Of a stretch of 64,000 nt of DNA, positions 9,876 through 19,956 are shown in pieces. Each line of letters opens with the position of its first letter. Position 1 is the stretch's first letter. The position numbers and the translations under genes are program-made. The notes beneath the pieces were generated by a model that was not told where the DNA came from, searched no databases, and saw nothing but the letters and a program-made list of their open reading frames with translations. The DNA comes from Aulosira sp. ZfuVER01. GTDB lineage: Bacteria; Cyanobacteriota; Cyanobacteriia; Cyanobacteriales; Nostocaceae. The stretch covers positions 96,001-160,000 of the forward strand of contig JAVRCV020000004.1 in the NCBI GenBank assembly GCA_034530615.2, in the 5' to 3' direction.

Positions 9876-11612
9876 ATGATGTCGAAGGTTGCACCTGCTG
9901 TTGTGGTACTTGGTCAAAATAGTGTGGCTGTAGCGCGCAAAATTATTAGCGTTCTACCAGGGGCGACATTATATGGTTTGGCGGGGCGCACTTCTGACGT
10001 AGATGTCAGCTTTAGTAATTTTGGTGAAACACTGCGGGAATTGTTCGCGGAGGGAAGGCCGCTGATTGGTATTTGTGCGGCAGGTATTTTAATTAGAACT
10101 CTAGCGCCTTTGATTTCGGATAAACGCCAAGAACCGCCAGTACTAGCTGTAGCTGAGGATGGTAGTGCGGTTGTGCCGCTTTTAGGTGGACTGAGTGGGG
10201 TGAATGATTTGGCACGCCGCATTGCTGAGGTATTTGATGTGAAAGCAGCAATTACAACTACTGGCGACATCCGTTTTCGGACTGCGCTGTTGTCTCCTCC
10301 GGCTGGATATCATTTGGCTAACCCAGATGATGCCAAAACATTTATTTCGGATTTGCTAGCTGGGGCGCAGGTGAAGTTGGAGGGAACAGCACCTTGGTTG
10401 AGTAATAGTCAATTGCCGATAGATTCTAATGGAAATTTGACGATTAAAATTAGCGATCGCTTGTCACATTCTACAGCCAATTGTCTTGTCTACCACCCAG
10501 CTACAATTGTGATCGCTATCAGTAACGCTTCTGGAACTAATGATGAAGTAGTAGCTTCAGTGCAGCAACTATTAGCAGCTGCGGAACTTGCGCCTGCATC
10601 GGTAGCAGGAGTATTTGCACCTATAACCATCGCTGCAAATCCGGCAATACACGCGGTTGCTAGCGCTTTAGGAGTGCCTGCACGCTTTTTTACCTCAAAT
10701 CAATTAGAAAATTTGCAATCTCAAGGTTATAGCCCCGCCCAAGCTGTAGCGATTGCGGCTACAGGTACATCTGGAGAGCTAATTTCGACAGCAGCAACAG
10801 AAATTGCGATCGCAATTGCCCCGGAACCCATCGACGCCAGTACCATCGGTCAGCCACGGGGGCGATTAGCAGTAATTGGCACAGGGCCGGGTAGTCGAGA
10901 GTGGATGTCTCCGGAAGTCAAAGAAATTCTCAAGTCGGCTACTGATTTGGTAGGGTATACAACTTACTTAAATTTAGTTGGTTCTTTGGCTGAAGGTAAG
11001 CAACGCCATGATTCCGACAACCGCGAAGAAATAGCACGGGCGGAAATGGCGCTGGATTTGGCAGCCCAAGGGCGATATGTAGCTGTGGTATCCTCTGGCG
11101 ATCCTGGTATTTACGCGATGGCGACAGCAATTTTTGAAGTACTCGATTACCATGCCAAACCAGAATGGGATAGCGTTGAAATTCATGTAGCACCTGGTAT
11201 TTCCGCGATGCAAGCCGCCGCCGCTGCTATTGGCGCACCTTTGGGACATGACTTCTGTGCGATTTCTCTATCGGATATTTTGAAACCTTGGTCAATTATT
11301 GAACAACGAATTGCTGCGGCTGCGGAAGCTGATTTTGCGATCGCTTTCTACAATCCTGTGTCTAAAGAGCGGACTTGGCAACTCACAGAAGCGAGAAATA
11401 TTTTGCTGCGCTATAGAAAACCTGATACTCCAGTAGTCTTAGGACGAAATCTTGGCAGGGCTGGACAGGCTGTTAAAGTAATTACCCTGGAGGAGTTAGC
11501 GCCAGCAGTAGCAGATATGCGAACAATTATTCTGGTTGGTTCCAGCAAGACGCGGACGATTCAGCGCAGTGATGGCAGTATCTCCGTTTACACTCCACGT
11601 CGATACGGTTAA
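9876..11612 (+). CDS. cobJ: Precorrin-3B C17-methyltransferase with N-terminal CbiG-like domain
   Basis: CbiG-type N-terminus (DKRQEPPVLAV, LLGGLSGVN); GTGPG and VSSGDPGIYAMA; YTPRRY C-terminus. Confidence 0.9.
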   Translation: MMSKVAPAVVVLGQNSVAVARKIISVLPGATLYGLAGRTSDVDVSFSNFGETLRELFAEGRPLIGICAAGILIRTLAPLISDKRQEPPVLAVAEDGSAVVPLLGGLSGVNDLARRIAEVFDVKAAITTTGDIRFRTALLSPPAGYHLANPDDAKTFISDLLAGAQVKLEGTAPWLSNSQLPIDSNGNLTIKISDRLSHSTANCLVYHPATIVIAISNASGTNDEVVASVQQLLAAAELAPASVAGVFAPITIAANPAIHAVASALGVPARFFTSNQLENLQSQGYSPAQAVAIAATGTSGELISTAATEIAIAIAPEPIDASTIGQPRGRLAVIGTGPGSREWMSPEVKEILKSATDLVGYTTYLNLVGSLAEGKQRHDSDNREEIARAEMALDLAAQGRYVAVVSSGDPGIYAMATAIFEVLDYHAKPEWDSVEIHVAPGISAMQAAAAAIGAPLGHDFCAISLSDILKPWSIIEQRIAAAAEADFAIAFYNPVSKERTWQLTEARNILLRYRKPDTPVVLGRNLGRAGQAVKVITLEELAPAVADMRTIILVGSSKTRTIQRSDGSISVYTPRRYG

Positions 11613-11721
11613 AATCGCATTCATCGAAACTTCTTGTTCACCCTCCATAGCAATCCTAAATTATTCGTGAAACAATCTATTGCCTCTAAGCCTAATTTCA
11701 CAACTCAAATCGGATTGCTCC

Positions 11722-12009
11722 ATGCCTGACGATATTACGATGTGCCCCGGACAAAATTGTCCGATCAAACAAGATTGCTACCGTTTTACCGCTGAAATTT
11801 TAGGGCGTCAGGATTTTTTTGGAACAGATCCCTATAGCTTTACGACTAATTCCTGTGAGTATTTTATTAGTAACCGCCCAGATGAAGATTCAATCCGTTT
11901 GAAAGCTTATGAAATCTGGCAACAAACTGGCTATCTGGATGGTAAGTCTGTAGAACATTGGCTTCAGGCTGAAACAGAGTTGATAGCGTTAAAGAAATTA
12001 CATTCCTGA
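11722..12009 (+). CDS. Small protein: Cys-rich N-terminus plus DUF2934-like C-terminus
   Basis: DITMCPGQNCPIKQDCYRF followed by IRLKAYEIWQQTG...HWLQAETEL; ATG at 11722 preferred. Confidence 0.7.
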   Translation: MPDDITMCPGQNCPIKQDCYRFTAEILGRQDFFGTDPYSFTTNSCEYFISNRPDEDSIRLKAYEIWQQTGYLDGKSVEHWLQAETELIALKKLHS

Positions 12010-12080
12010 TGGATATTAGTTTGTACTGTAAGATGAAATCGGCTCATTTGAGCAGTAGAAATTCTTCACCTGGAAACCTT

Positions 12081-12431
12081 ATGAACAAATTCATCCTTCA
12101 CTTACTTTCAACTCCTGTAGTTATTAGCTCTATTTTGTCTACAGGAATCGTCATTAATCAAGCCCAAGCTATAGAAGCCCAACCTACAAATACAGATCGT
12201 CTATCCTGTATCCGGAATAAACATAAAGTTGGTTTAGTATGTGCTAGAGCTTCTGTTTTGGCTCAAATTCCTCAATATCAACCAGAAGCTGAACCATCTG
12301 CGGATGGTGTGCCGATGCTAGAGTTTACTGTCGAAGAAAGCGATATGGCAGCCACTTTATTTGGCTGTGATTGTCCTGCTTGCATAAATTCTTTAAGGAA
12401 GATGCAAGGCGCAAAACTATTAGTTTATTAA
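12081..12431 (+). CDS. Hypothetical exported protein with CDCxxC motif
   Basis: Signal-peptide-like N-terminus ending AQA; LFGCDCPACIN; ATG at 12081 preferred. Confidence 0.65.
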   Translation: MNKFILHLLSTPVVISSILSTGIVINQAQAIEAQPTNTDRLSCIRNKHKVGLVCARASVLAQIPQYQPEAEPSADGVPMLEFTVEESDMAATLFGCDCPACINSLRKMQGAKLLVY

Positions 12432-12729
12432 CAATTTAAAGAGTTTGTTTCTGCTTCGCAATAAAAAACTTCCAAGTGTTATTCTTGGAAGTTTTTCTGC
12501 GATCGGGATAGTTTTATACCAATTTGAAAAAACAATACGAAAGATATGCCCTTGAATTGGTATTACGTAAAATCGTAGCGTTTTAAACAAGCTAAAACTA
12601 TAACAGTTTTGTGCCTCTAGAAATGCTTAGTTTTACGCAATTGAAAACTGTTGTTAAGTTCTGAGGGGTATTTCAGAGCCAGGACTTTAGTCCTAGATTT
12701 TAAGCAATCACGTGCTACCTAGAAAATAG

Positions 12730-13293
12730 TTAATTTTTAATCATTGTGCAACTACTACCCCAAGTCACCCACCTATGGGATATGCCTACATTTACAATGC
12801 TTTCGCCTATCTCTTGTTCAGTGATGCTTGCTCCAGTGAAATCTGCATCACTAATTTCTGCTTCATCAAGATTGCAACTAATTAAATTCGTTTCTCTCAG
12901 ATTAGCACCTCTTAAATCGGCTCCACTCAGTTCTGCCTCACTGAGGTTTGCTGCAAATAGGTTTGCCATTGTTAAATTTGCACCCCGTAAATCAGCGCGG
13001 CTGAGGTTGGTTCTCTCCAAATTAGCTTCGCTCATTTCTGCGCCAATCAAGTTGACCTCACTCAGGTTAGCACTGTTGAGATTAGTAGTAGTTAAATCTG
13101 CATCAGTTAGGTTTGCTCTAGTTAAGTTACATTCACTTAAGTTTGCTCCACTTAAGTCAGCGCCACTCAAGTCAGCATCCGCGAAATTTATCCCATTCAA
13201 ATCAAGATTAGAAAGGTTAGCCTGATGCAGATTGGCTCCATTAAAATTCTTTTCCCCTGCTGCATATCGACTCAGGAGCTTATTCTTGTCCAT
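12730..13293 (-). CDS. Pentapeptide repeat protein
   Basis: Tandem A(N/D)Lxx repeats; start MDKNKLLSRYAAGE. Confidence 0.9.
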   Translation of the reverse strand: MDKNKLLSRYAAGEKNFNGANLHQANLSNLDLNGINFADADLSGADLSGANLSECNLTRANLTDADLTTTNLNSANLSEVNLIGAEMSEANLERTNLSRADLRGANLTMANLFAANLSEAELSGADLRGANLRETNLISCNLDEAEISDADFTGASITEQEIGESIVNVGISHRWVTWGSSCTMIKN

Positions 13294-13728
13294 ATTGTCA
13301 CCTCGCAATGTTTACAGGTAAGTCAAGTCTAGTTATGAGTTAGCCACTACCCCACCACACTAAATTCTATTGGTTGAGTTACCAACAACCAAAATATTAG
13401 TTAGGAAAAACTTGTAGTTTTATTTTGCTATAGTTTATCGAATTCTGATTAGTTACTTAATCTAAATATAAGAATTATGATTAATTCTGGTCAACTTGTT
13501 AGTAACTGACTATCATTTGACTAAGCAATTATCTTTTCTAATATTTTCAAATATCCAAGAATTGAGGCAAATGGGCCAGTATGGGATGGAGTTATTTGAC
13601 TGAAAAACTTCATAACTGGCTTAAAGTAATGTAAAGCATTGTCATTTAATAGTTGATTATTGATAATGCGATCGCACTTGATAACGTAAAACAGAAATAC
13701 AGGTAATGAAAGCTTGGTGAAAAGGTAA

Positions 13729-14694
13729 TTAGGAATTAGGAATTAGGAATTTCTCCCCAAGCGATCGCTCTATAAGTTGGCTGACTAACCGATTACCTTG
13801 TAAGTTAAGGTGAATATGGTCTTGGTACAAGGCTTTAACGTTTGGGGTTGAGTTGAATATTGGCAATACATCTATATAAGTAATCTGCTGTGCTTTCGCA
13901 AAGTCGCTCAAACGTTGACGTGCTTTAATTTCATAATCGCGGGGGCCGGGTTCACCGATTTCTCGCAATAAGGGAGTCATCACTAGCAGAAATTGGCTGT
14001 TGCTTTCACGAGTTAGCGCCTGGATTTTACCAATCGCCTCTAGATTAATCCCAACGCGATCGCCTGGTTCATTGTGTAAGGCTTGAAGTTCGGGAATTGG
14101 CTTTTGCTTAGTCAGATAACGTTGCCAAACTTCTACTAAGGCTAGAGGCGGTTGACGATCTGGATAGTTGCGATCGCGTCCCACTGGTAAGGATGTAGGA
14201 GCCGTAGCAAACAAATCATCAGTATTAATTAGTAACACTACTGTCTGGGCTTGAAAATTCCCAAATCTTTGGAGATAGGCTAATTCATTTCTCGGCCCCC
14301 AAGAGTTGGCTGACGCATTTAATACTTCAAATTCTTGATATTTACCCTTATTACTGGAAGCTAAAGAGTGCATTATCAGGTAGGCAATTGTATTATCCTG
14401 ATCTGTCCACCAGCCACCATTAGCGATCGAGTCTCCCAGAATTAACACCCGCTGTGTGGAAGGTGCAGGTATCTGCTGAATCGGCCTGTTACGCATGGAA
14501 TACTCATTAATCTCAATGCGATTCCCAAAGCGACGGGTGCGTTGGTTAGGCGCTAACAAATAGCCTATTTGCTCATCACCAACGTAAATTAGGGGATTGC
14601 CAAAGCCAAAGAGCGATCGCAGTCCTATCTCAATCGCTACTAATAATCCAATAACTACTGCCACAATTACAATCGCTGTTAATTTCACCTGCAA
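13729..14694 (-). CDS. SGNH/GDSL hydrolase family protein, membrane-anchored
   Basis: LGDSIANG, ANSWGPRN, DHIHLN; N-terminal TM helix; start may be GTG at 14688. Confidence 0.8.
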   Translation of the reverse strand: MQVKLTAIVIVAVVIGLLVAIEIGLRSLFGFGNPLIYVGDEQIGYLLAPNQRTRRFGNRIEINEYSMRNRPIQQIPAPSTQRVLILGDSIANGGWWTDQDNTIAYLIMHSLASSNKGKYQEFEVLNASANSWGPRNELAYLQRFGNFQAQTVVLLINTDDLFATAPTSLPVGRDRNYPDRQPPLALVEVWQRYLTKQKPIPELQALHNEPGDRVGINLEAIGKIQALTRESNSQFLLVMTPLLREIGEPGPRDYEIKARQRLSDFAKAQQITYIDVLPIFNSTPNVKALYQDHIHLNLQGNRLVSQLIERSLGEKFLIPNS

Positions 14695-15102
14695 CTACTC
14701 TCCAATTAATTTAAGAAAATTAATCTCTAAAAGATAAAGTATTAAATTATACAATATTATTTTCAGCCCTGAGACAGATTTCTCATAATCTGCCGTCTGT
14801 ATCGTTGAAATACATTTATGTAATAAAAATCAGAATTTAGTATTTTAAATCACTTTTATTAGCAAAAAATTTAGAGATACTTATGCCCAACATCTCACTA
14901 TGCAACTTTGATGAGCAAATTAATTCTATTTTTTTAGGTATAAACTACTACGGTTAACCGAAAAAAATGTAGATAGATTTGTTGCGCTCATTGTTGCAAA
15001 GCTTAAACAAAATAATAATGACGATTTAATACGATCTTTAATCAGAAGGACTACAATCAAAACGGACAAATTAGCACTGTAACAAAGGAGGTTTACAAAG
15101 CT

Positions 15103-15243
15103 ATGTCCGATTTAAATCGCGGAATCATGAAATTCGAGGGAGCAGATTCTCCAAAAGTGGTCACTATCTCTACCGTGCTGCTGTTGGGGTCTATTGCTGG
15201 ACTAATTATTTGGGCACTACAAGCTGCCTATGCGCTAAACTAA
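15103..15243 (+). CDS. ndhQ: NDH-1 small subunit NdhQ (46 aa, absent from the ORF track)
   Basis: MSDLNRGIMKFEGADSPKVVTISTVLLLGSIAGLIIWALQAAYALN*; NRGIMKFxGADSP plus one TM helix; AAGGAGG RBS upstream. Confidence 0.8.
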   Translation: MSDLNRGIMKFEGADSPKVVTISTVLLLGSIAGLIIWALQAAYALN

Positions 15244-15434
15244 CAATTAGCTGCTTAGTATTTGGTAGGTTGGCAGGACACTTGCTCAAAGGGCTTCTGC
15301 CTTAGCTAAGTGTCTTTTGCCCAACTCTTAAAAGCGCCCTTGAAAGCATCAATAGAATTTCCGAAAGATTTTAGATTTGAGATTTGAGATGCAAGATGCA
15401 AAGTGCAAGATAAATCTAAAATCCAGAATCCAAG

Positions 15435-18329
15435 ATGTTTGAACTTTGGGGTGCCTTAACTATTTTAATTGTCTGCCCCCTACTGGGTGCGTTACCGCTG
15501 ATTGCCTGGATTACCTACGCCCTGACAGGGAGGCAATTGGCGAAACTTGGTACGGGAAATATCAGTGTGTCAGCCGCTTTTTACCACGGTGGCAAACTGG
15601 TAGGTATTCTCGCGGTATTATCAGAAGCTTTTAAAGGCATTACAGCAGTTTTCATTGCCCGTGCTTTCTTTAGGGAAGGGTCAACTTGGGAACTGATTGC
15701 CCTAATTGCCTTGGTAGTAGGTAGATACTCAATTGGCAGGGGAGCGGGTACAACAAACGTCGTCTGGGGATTTCTGGTACACGATCCACTTGTTGCAGGT
15801 TTTACAACTTTTTTAGCAGCCATCAGCTTTACAGTTCTGCAATCTAAAAAGTTAGTAAAGTTTGGCGTTTTGCTGTTATTTCCTCTGTTTGTAGCAGTGT
15901 TACACGTGGACGATTTCCCGAGAATTCTGGCGGCGGTTAGTCTGGCGGGCTTATTAGGTTGGATTTATACAAAAATCCCCGATGACCTTAACCTCCCAGC
16001 CGAAGGAGCAAAAGGGGAATCGAAAGCCATGCTGGAATTTTTGGGTGGCGAAGCAAACCCTGTCCCTTTGGGTGGAGACTTAGATGAGGCGAAAGTCGGG
16101 CACAAAGCGTCTGCACTATCTCAACTCAAGCGATGGGGATACCCAGTGCCTAAAGGTTGGGTACTTAGCCCAAATGACGAGCCGGATGCAGTCATCGACT
16201 TTTTTCAGCCTTCAGAATTATCACCTTTAGTGGTGCGTTCTTCGGCAATTGGCGAAGACTCAGAACAAGCTTCTGCTGCTGGACAGTACGAAACGGTGTT
16301 GAACGTTACCAGCGAACAGAAGCTAAAAGAAGCGATCGCTCAAGTTAGAGCTTCTTACGATCGAGAAGCGGCGGTACAATATCGACGCGATCGCGGTTTA
16401 CCAGACCAATCAATGGCAGTGCTGATTCAACAGCAAGTTCAGAGTGTATATTCGGGCGTGGCTTTCAGTCGCGATCCGATTACTCAGCAAGGCGATGCCA
16501 TTGTAATTGAAGCTTTACCAGGCAGCGCCAGTCAAGTTGTTTCTGGCAGAGTTACCCCAGAACAATATCGGGCTTTTGTTGTTGAGACAGAAAATTTCTC
16601 ATCTGTGCAATTAGAAGGTACGGGAAGAGTACCTCAAGCATTAATCAAACAGGTAGCATTATTAACCCGCCGTCTCGAAAAACGTTACCACGGCATTCCC
16701 CAAGATATCGAGTGGAGTTACGACGGTCAAACGCTTTGGGTATTACAAGCCAGACCCATCACTACTTTATTACCTATATGGACACGTAAAATCGCCGCCG
16801 AAGTCATCCCGGGAGTCATTCACCCCTTAACTTGGTCGGTGAATCGTCCGTTAACTTGTGGCGTTTGGGGAGAAATTTTTACTATCGGTTTAGGCGATCG
16901 CGTTTTGGGGTTAGATTTTGCCGAAACTGCCACATTGCATTATTCAAGGGCATATTTCAACGCCTCCCTCCTCGGACAGATTTTCCTGAGGATGGGTTTA
17001 CCGCCAGAAAGCCTAGAGTTTTTAACTAGAGGCGACAGCTTAACTAAGCCACCCTTACTTTCCACCTTGCGGAGTGTACCCGGATTGCTGCGGTTGGTGC
17101 GCCGGGAAATGGATTTAGAAGCAGACTTTAAGCGAGATTACCGCGAGAAGTTTATTCCCGTATTGTCGCAATTGGCTCACGAATCGATCGATAATTTAGA
17201 ACCGTCTCAGTTATTAGCGAGAATTGACCTAATTTTAGATGTATTGCGCCTGGGGACTTACTACAGTATTTTCGCTCCCCTGAGTGCTGCCATCAGACAG
17301 GGAATTTTTCGGGTGAAGGATGGGCAAATTGATAACAGCGTTGCACCAGAGGTAGCAGTGTTGCGATCGCTAAGTGCTTTAGCGCAAAATGCCAAGCAGG
17401 TATTACCCGAATTTGAGCCAGAGAAAGTGTTTGAGCAGTTGGAGGAAACTCCCGAAGGGCAAAATATTATATATGATTTTAACGAACTGCTTCAGGATTA
17501 CGGCTATTTAAGTGAAGTGGGGACTGATATCGCCGTTCCCACTTGGAAGGAAGACCCTGAGTATGTCAAACAGTTATTTGTACAGTTAATGCAGGGAAAT
17601 GAACCGCCAAAAGGTGGTGTAGACCCGATAAATGAGGTTTTTTCTGGGAAACGAAAACGCGGTAATGTCCAACGACGTGTAGATCTCAAAGGTCGAGTTA
17701 CCGAGGTTTACTCTCGACTGCTAGCTGAATTACGTTGGAGTTTTGTCGCTTTAGAAAAGATTTGGTTAAAGTCCGGCTTGTTGAAAGAAGCAGGGGATAT
17801 CTTTTTTCTAGAGTTGGATGAAATTGGCAGCTTAGTAGCGGCGGATGATGCCGAATTTAGCAGTCAGGTACAGAAATTGGTGGAAAATAGGCGATCGCAA
17901 TTTGCCCAAGATAGTGAAATCAATCAAGTTCCCCTTCTAGTTTACGGTCATACACCACCTCATCCCCTCGCCCCCTCTTCCCTCTACTCCGACCAATTTT
18001 TACAAGGTATTGCCGCTAGTCATGGACAGGCTGAAGGACGAGTAAAGGTGTTGCGAAATTTACAAAATATACCAGAGATTGATAAAGAGACAATTCTGGT
18101 AGTACCTTACACAGATTCCGCCTGGGCACCATTATTAGTAAGAGCTGGCGGATTAATTGCCGAGGCAGGAGGCAGACTTTCGCACGGTGCGATCGTCGCT
18201 CGTGAATACGGTATTCCCGCAGTCATGGATGTGCATGGTGCTACCTGGCTAATGCAAGATGGGCAGCGAGTACGGATAGATGGCTCTAGGGGTATTGTGG
18301 AATTATCCAATGATTTAAGACCAGATTGA
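15435..18329 (+). CDS. PlsY-like acyltransferase fused to PEP-synthase/dikinase ATP-binding and phospho-His domains
   Basis: Multi-TM N-terminus with GTGNISVS; VGHKA, VVRSSAIGEDS, SAAGQY, QARPIT; C-terminal GGRLSHGAIVAREYGIPAV. Confidence 0.85.
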   Translation: MFELWGALTILIVCPLLGALPLIAWITYALTGRQLAKLGTGNISVSAAFYHGGKLVGILAVLSEAFKGITAVFIARAFFREGSTWELIALIALVVGRYSIGRGAGTTNVVWGFLVHDPLVAGFTTFLAAISFTVLQSKKLVKFGVLLLFPLFVAVLHVDDFPRILAAVSLAGLLGWIYTKIPDDLNLPAEGAKGESKAMLEFLGGEANPVPLGGDLDEAKVGHKASALSQLKRWGYPVPKGWVLSPNDEPDAVIDFFQPSELSPLVVRSSAIGEDSEQASAAGQYETVLNVTSEQKLKEAIAQVRASYDREAAVQYRRDRGLPDQSMAVLIQQQVQSVYSGVAFSRDPITQQGDAIVIEALPGSASQVVSGRVTPEQYRAFVVETENFSSVQLEGTGRVPQALIKQVALLTRRLEKRYHGIPQDIEWSYDGQTLWVLQARPITTLLPIWTRKIAAEVIPGVIHPLTWSVNRPLTCGVWGEIFTIGLGDRVLGLDFAETATLHYSRAYFNASLLGQIFLRMGLPPESLEFLTRGDSLTKPPLLSTLRSVPGLLRLVRREMDLEADFKRDYREKFIPVLSQLAHESIDNLEPSQLLARIDLILDVLRLGTYYSIFAPLSAAIRQGIFRVKDGQIDNSVAPEVAVLRSLSALAQNAKQVLPEFEPEKVFEQLEETPEGQNIIYDFNELLQDYGYLSEVGTDIAVPTWKEDPEYVKQLFVQLMQGNEPPKGGVDPINEVFSGKRKRGNVQRRVDLKGRVTEVYSRLLAELRWSFVALEKIWLKSGLLKEAGDIFFLELDEIGSLVAADDAEFSSQVQKLVENRRSQFAQDSEINQVPLLVYGHTPPHPLAPSSLYSDQFLQGIAASHGQAEGRVKVLRNLQNIPEIDKETILVVPYTDSAWAPLLVRAGGLIAEAGGRLSHGAIVAREYGIPAVMDVHGATWLMQDGQRVRIDGSRGIVELSNDLRPD

Positions 18330-18481
18330 CACTCCCCTGCTTGAAGGCGAGGAGATTCTTAAGAACCTCCATCCTAATGGATCGGTAAAATCCTGTTGCT
18401 TACTTTTTCGAGCAATATTCACAACCCCATTGCCATCAGCGTTAATTTAGTTGTCTTTCTCTACTTCGGTACAAACCACGC

Positions 18482-18829
18482 ATGATTACCACCTCTCTAA
18501 ATGACTTGCCAGAAGAATCTGTTTCTCACAACCCCGAAATCAAGAAAAAAGTCATGCTGCGATTTGGGGATTTACCCCACCTGACAAACTTTTCGCAAGC
18601 ACGTTTTGCTCCCGGACAAAGTGCCCCAGCACACGCCCACCAGGATATGTCAGAAGTGTTTTTTGTAGAAGCAGGTTCGGGGGTAATTCATATTGATGGT
18701 ACAGAATACGCTCTACTTCCAGGTAACTGCGTTGCAGTAGAACCAGGGGAAGTCCACGAAGTTGTGAATAGTGGTACAACTGAGCTTGTGCTGACCTACT
18801 TTGGTTTGCGAGTCGCAAAACAAGCCTGA
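18482..18829 (+). CDS. Cupin domain protein
   Basis: HAHQDMSEVFFV and PGEVHEVVN cupin motifs. Confidence 0.85.
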   Translation: MITTSLNDLPEESVSHNPEIKKKVMLRFGDLPHLTNFSQARFAPGQSAPAHAHQDMSEVFFVEAGSGVIHIDGTEYALLPGNCVAVEPGEVHEVVNSGTTELVLTYFGLRVAKQA

Positions 18830-18841
18830 TGTGGGGTTCTG

Positions 18842-19062
18842 ATATCATATCCGCCAAATTACTTACGATATGTCATTGCGTTGGCGGAACGCCTTCCCGC
18901 AGGGTACGCAACGAAGAGGAGCATTCGCCGAAGGCGTTCTCGTTCGACGAAGTCGTTCCCCAAGGGTAGAGTAGCAATCACGAGGACTCTGCAATTGCTT
19001 ACTTCGTAGCCTTTGGAAAGGCTTCGCTTACGCAATGACAAGTGTTTAACCGGACATGATAT
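18842..19062. mobile_element. Degenerate MITE-like element with internal palindromes
   Basis: Ends ATATCATATCCG / CGGACATGATAT; inner TGTCATTGCG...CGCAATGACA inverted repeat. Confidence 0.6.
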
Positions 19063-19218
19063 GAAGTAGCGTTTGAGGTACGAAACTCAAAACCTCAAAA
19101 TCTTAATATATGTTGGGTTTCGCTCCGTTCAAACGCCACTTTGCTCAAGTCGAGCCAGCCGCTTGCGGGGGTTCCCCCCGTTGTGCGGACTGGCGTGGGA
19201 AACCCGCCCATGCAAGTG

Positions 19219-19413
19219 CAGTGGTGTCAACTTAACGTGAAACCCGCTCTTGTGCAAGGTTTCGCCCTCTCCCCCAGCCCCTCTCCCACAGGGAGAAGGG
19301 AGCAAGAGATTTAGTTCTCCTTCTCCAGGGGGAGAAGGGGTTAGGGGATGAGGGCGCGAGGTATTTGTACAACGCCCGCTCTATATCGCTTTTAGCTTAA
19401 GTTGACACCACTG
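19219..19413. mobile_element. 195-bp MITE with 17-bp perfect TIRs and 9-bp target-site duplication
   Basis: CAGTGGTGTCAACTTAA...TTAAGTTGACACCACTG flanked by ATGCAAGTG at 19210-19218 and 19414-19422. Confidence 0.92.
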
Positions 19414-19956
19414 ATGCAAGTGGCTCCCCAACCTACGCATCTCCGCATCTGTCACATTCTTGTTTCAAACTGGGATTAATTATAGATTTAAAGAATGATG
19501 ACTATAAATAATTAGCGAAAGTTAGTTATTTAAATTAAATGCAATCAGCCTAAAAATATGCATTTATAGTATTCATCTAATACAACGCATAAATTTAAAT
19601 TTATATATTAGAAATATTTAGCAGACTTAGTTCCCATCGATAAAATTTTACTTATATAACCAATCTAATATTTATTTAATATTTAGTTTCTCGAGTTAAC
19701 TATTTTCACCTTAAAGCCTGTAAACTAATTTCAACAAGTTAAGTGATGCTTCCCCAGTTGCCCAGATTCTAATCTATCAATTCCCCAAGTTTTTCTTATA
19801 AACCCAGCAATCGCTTCGCCATTTCTTTTAGAAATGACGAAAATCCGTATACCTAAAATAGGTGATTTAGAAGAAATCGTGCAAGGAATATATGCTTTCT
19901 CTTGCTTGAATTTGCTGTAGATATAAAACCTGATTTTTTCATTTTAAGGAGACATA

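Noticed and set aside
12746..13225. 159-aa plus-strand ORF
   Set aside because: Antisense shadow of the pentapeptide repeat gene; the same applies to most short ORFs nested in long genes.
18859..19041. 60-aa ORF
   Set aside because: Lies wholly within composite repeat/MITE sequence.
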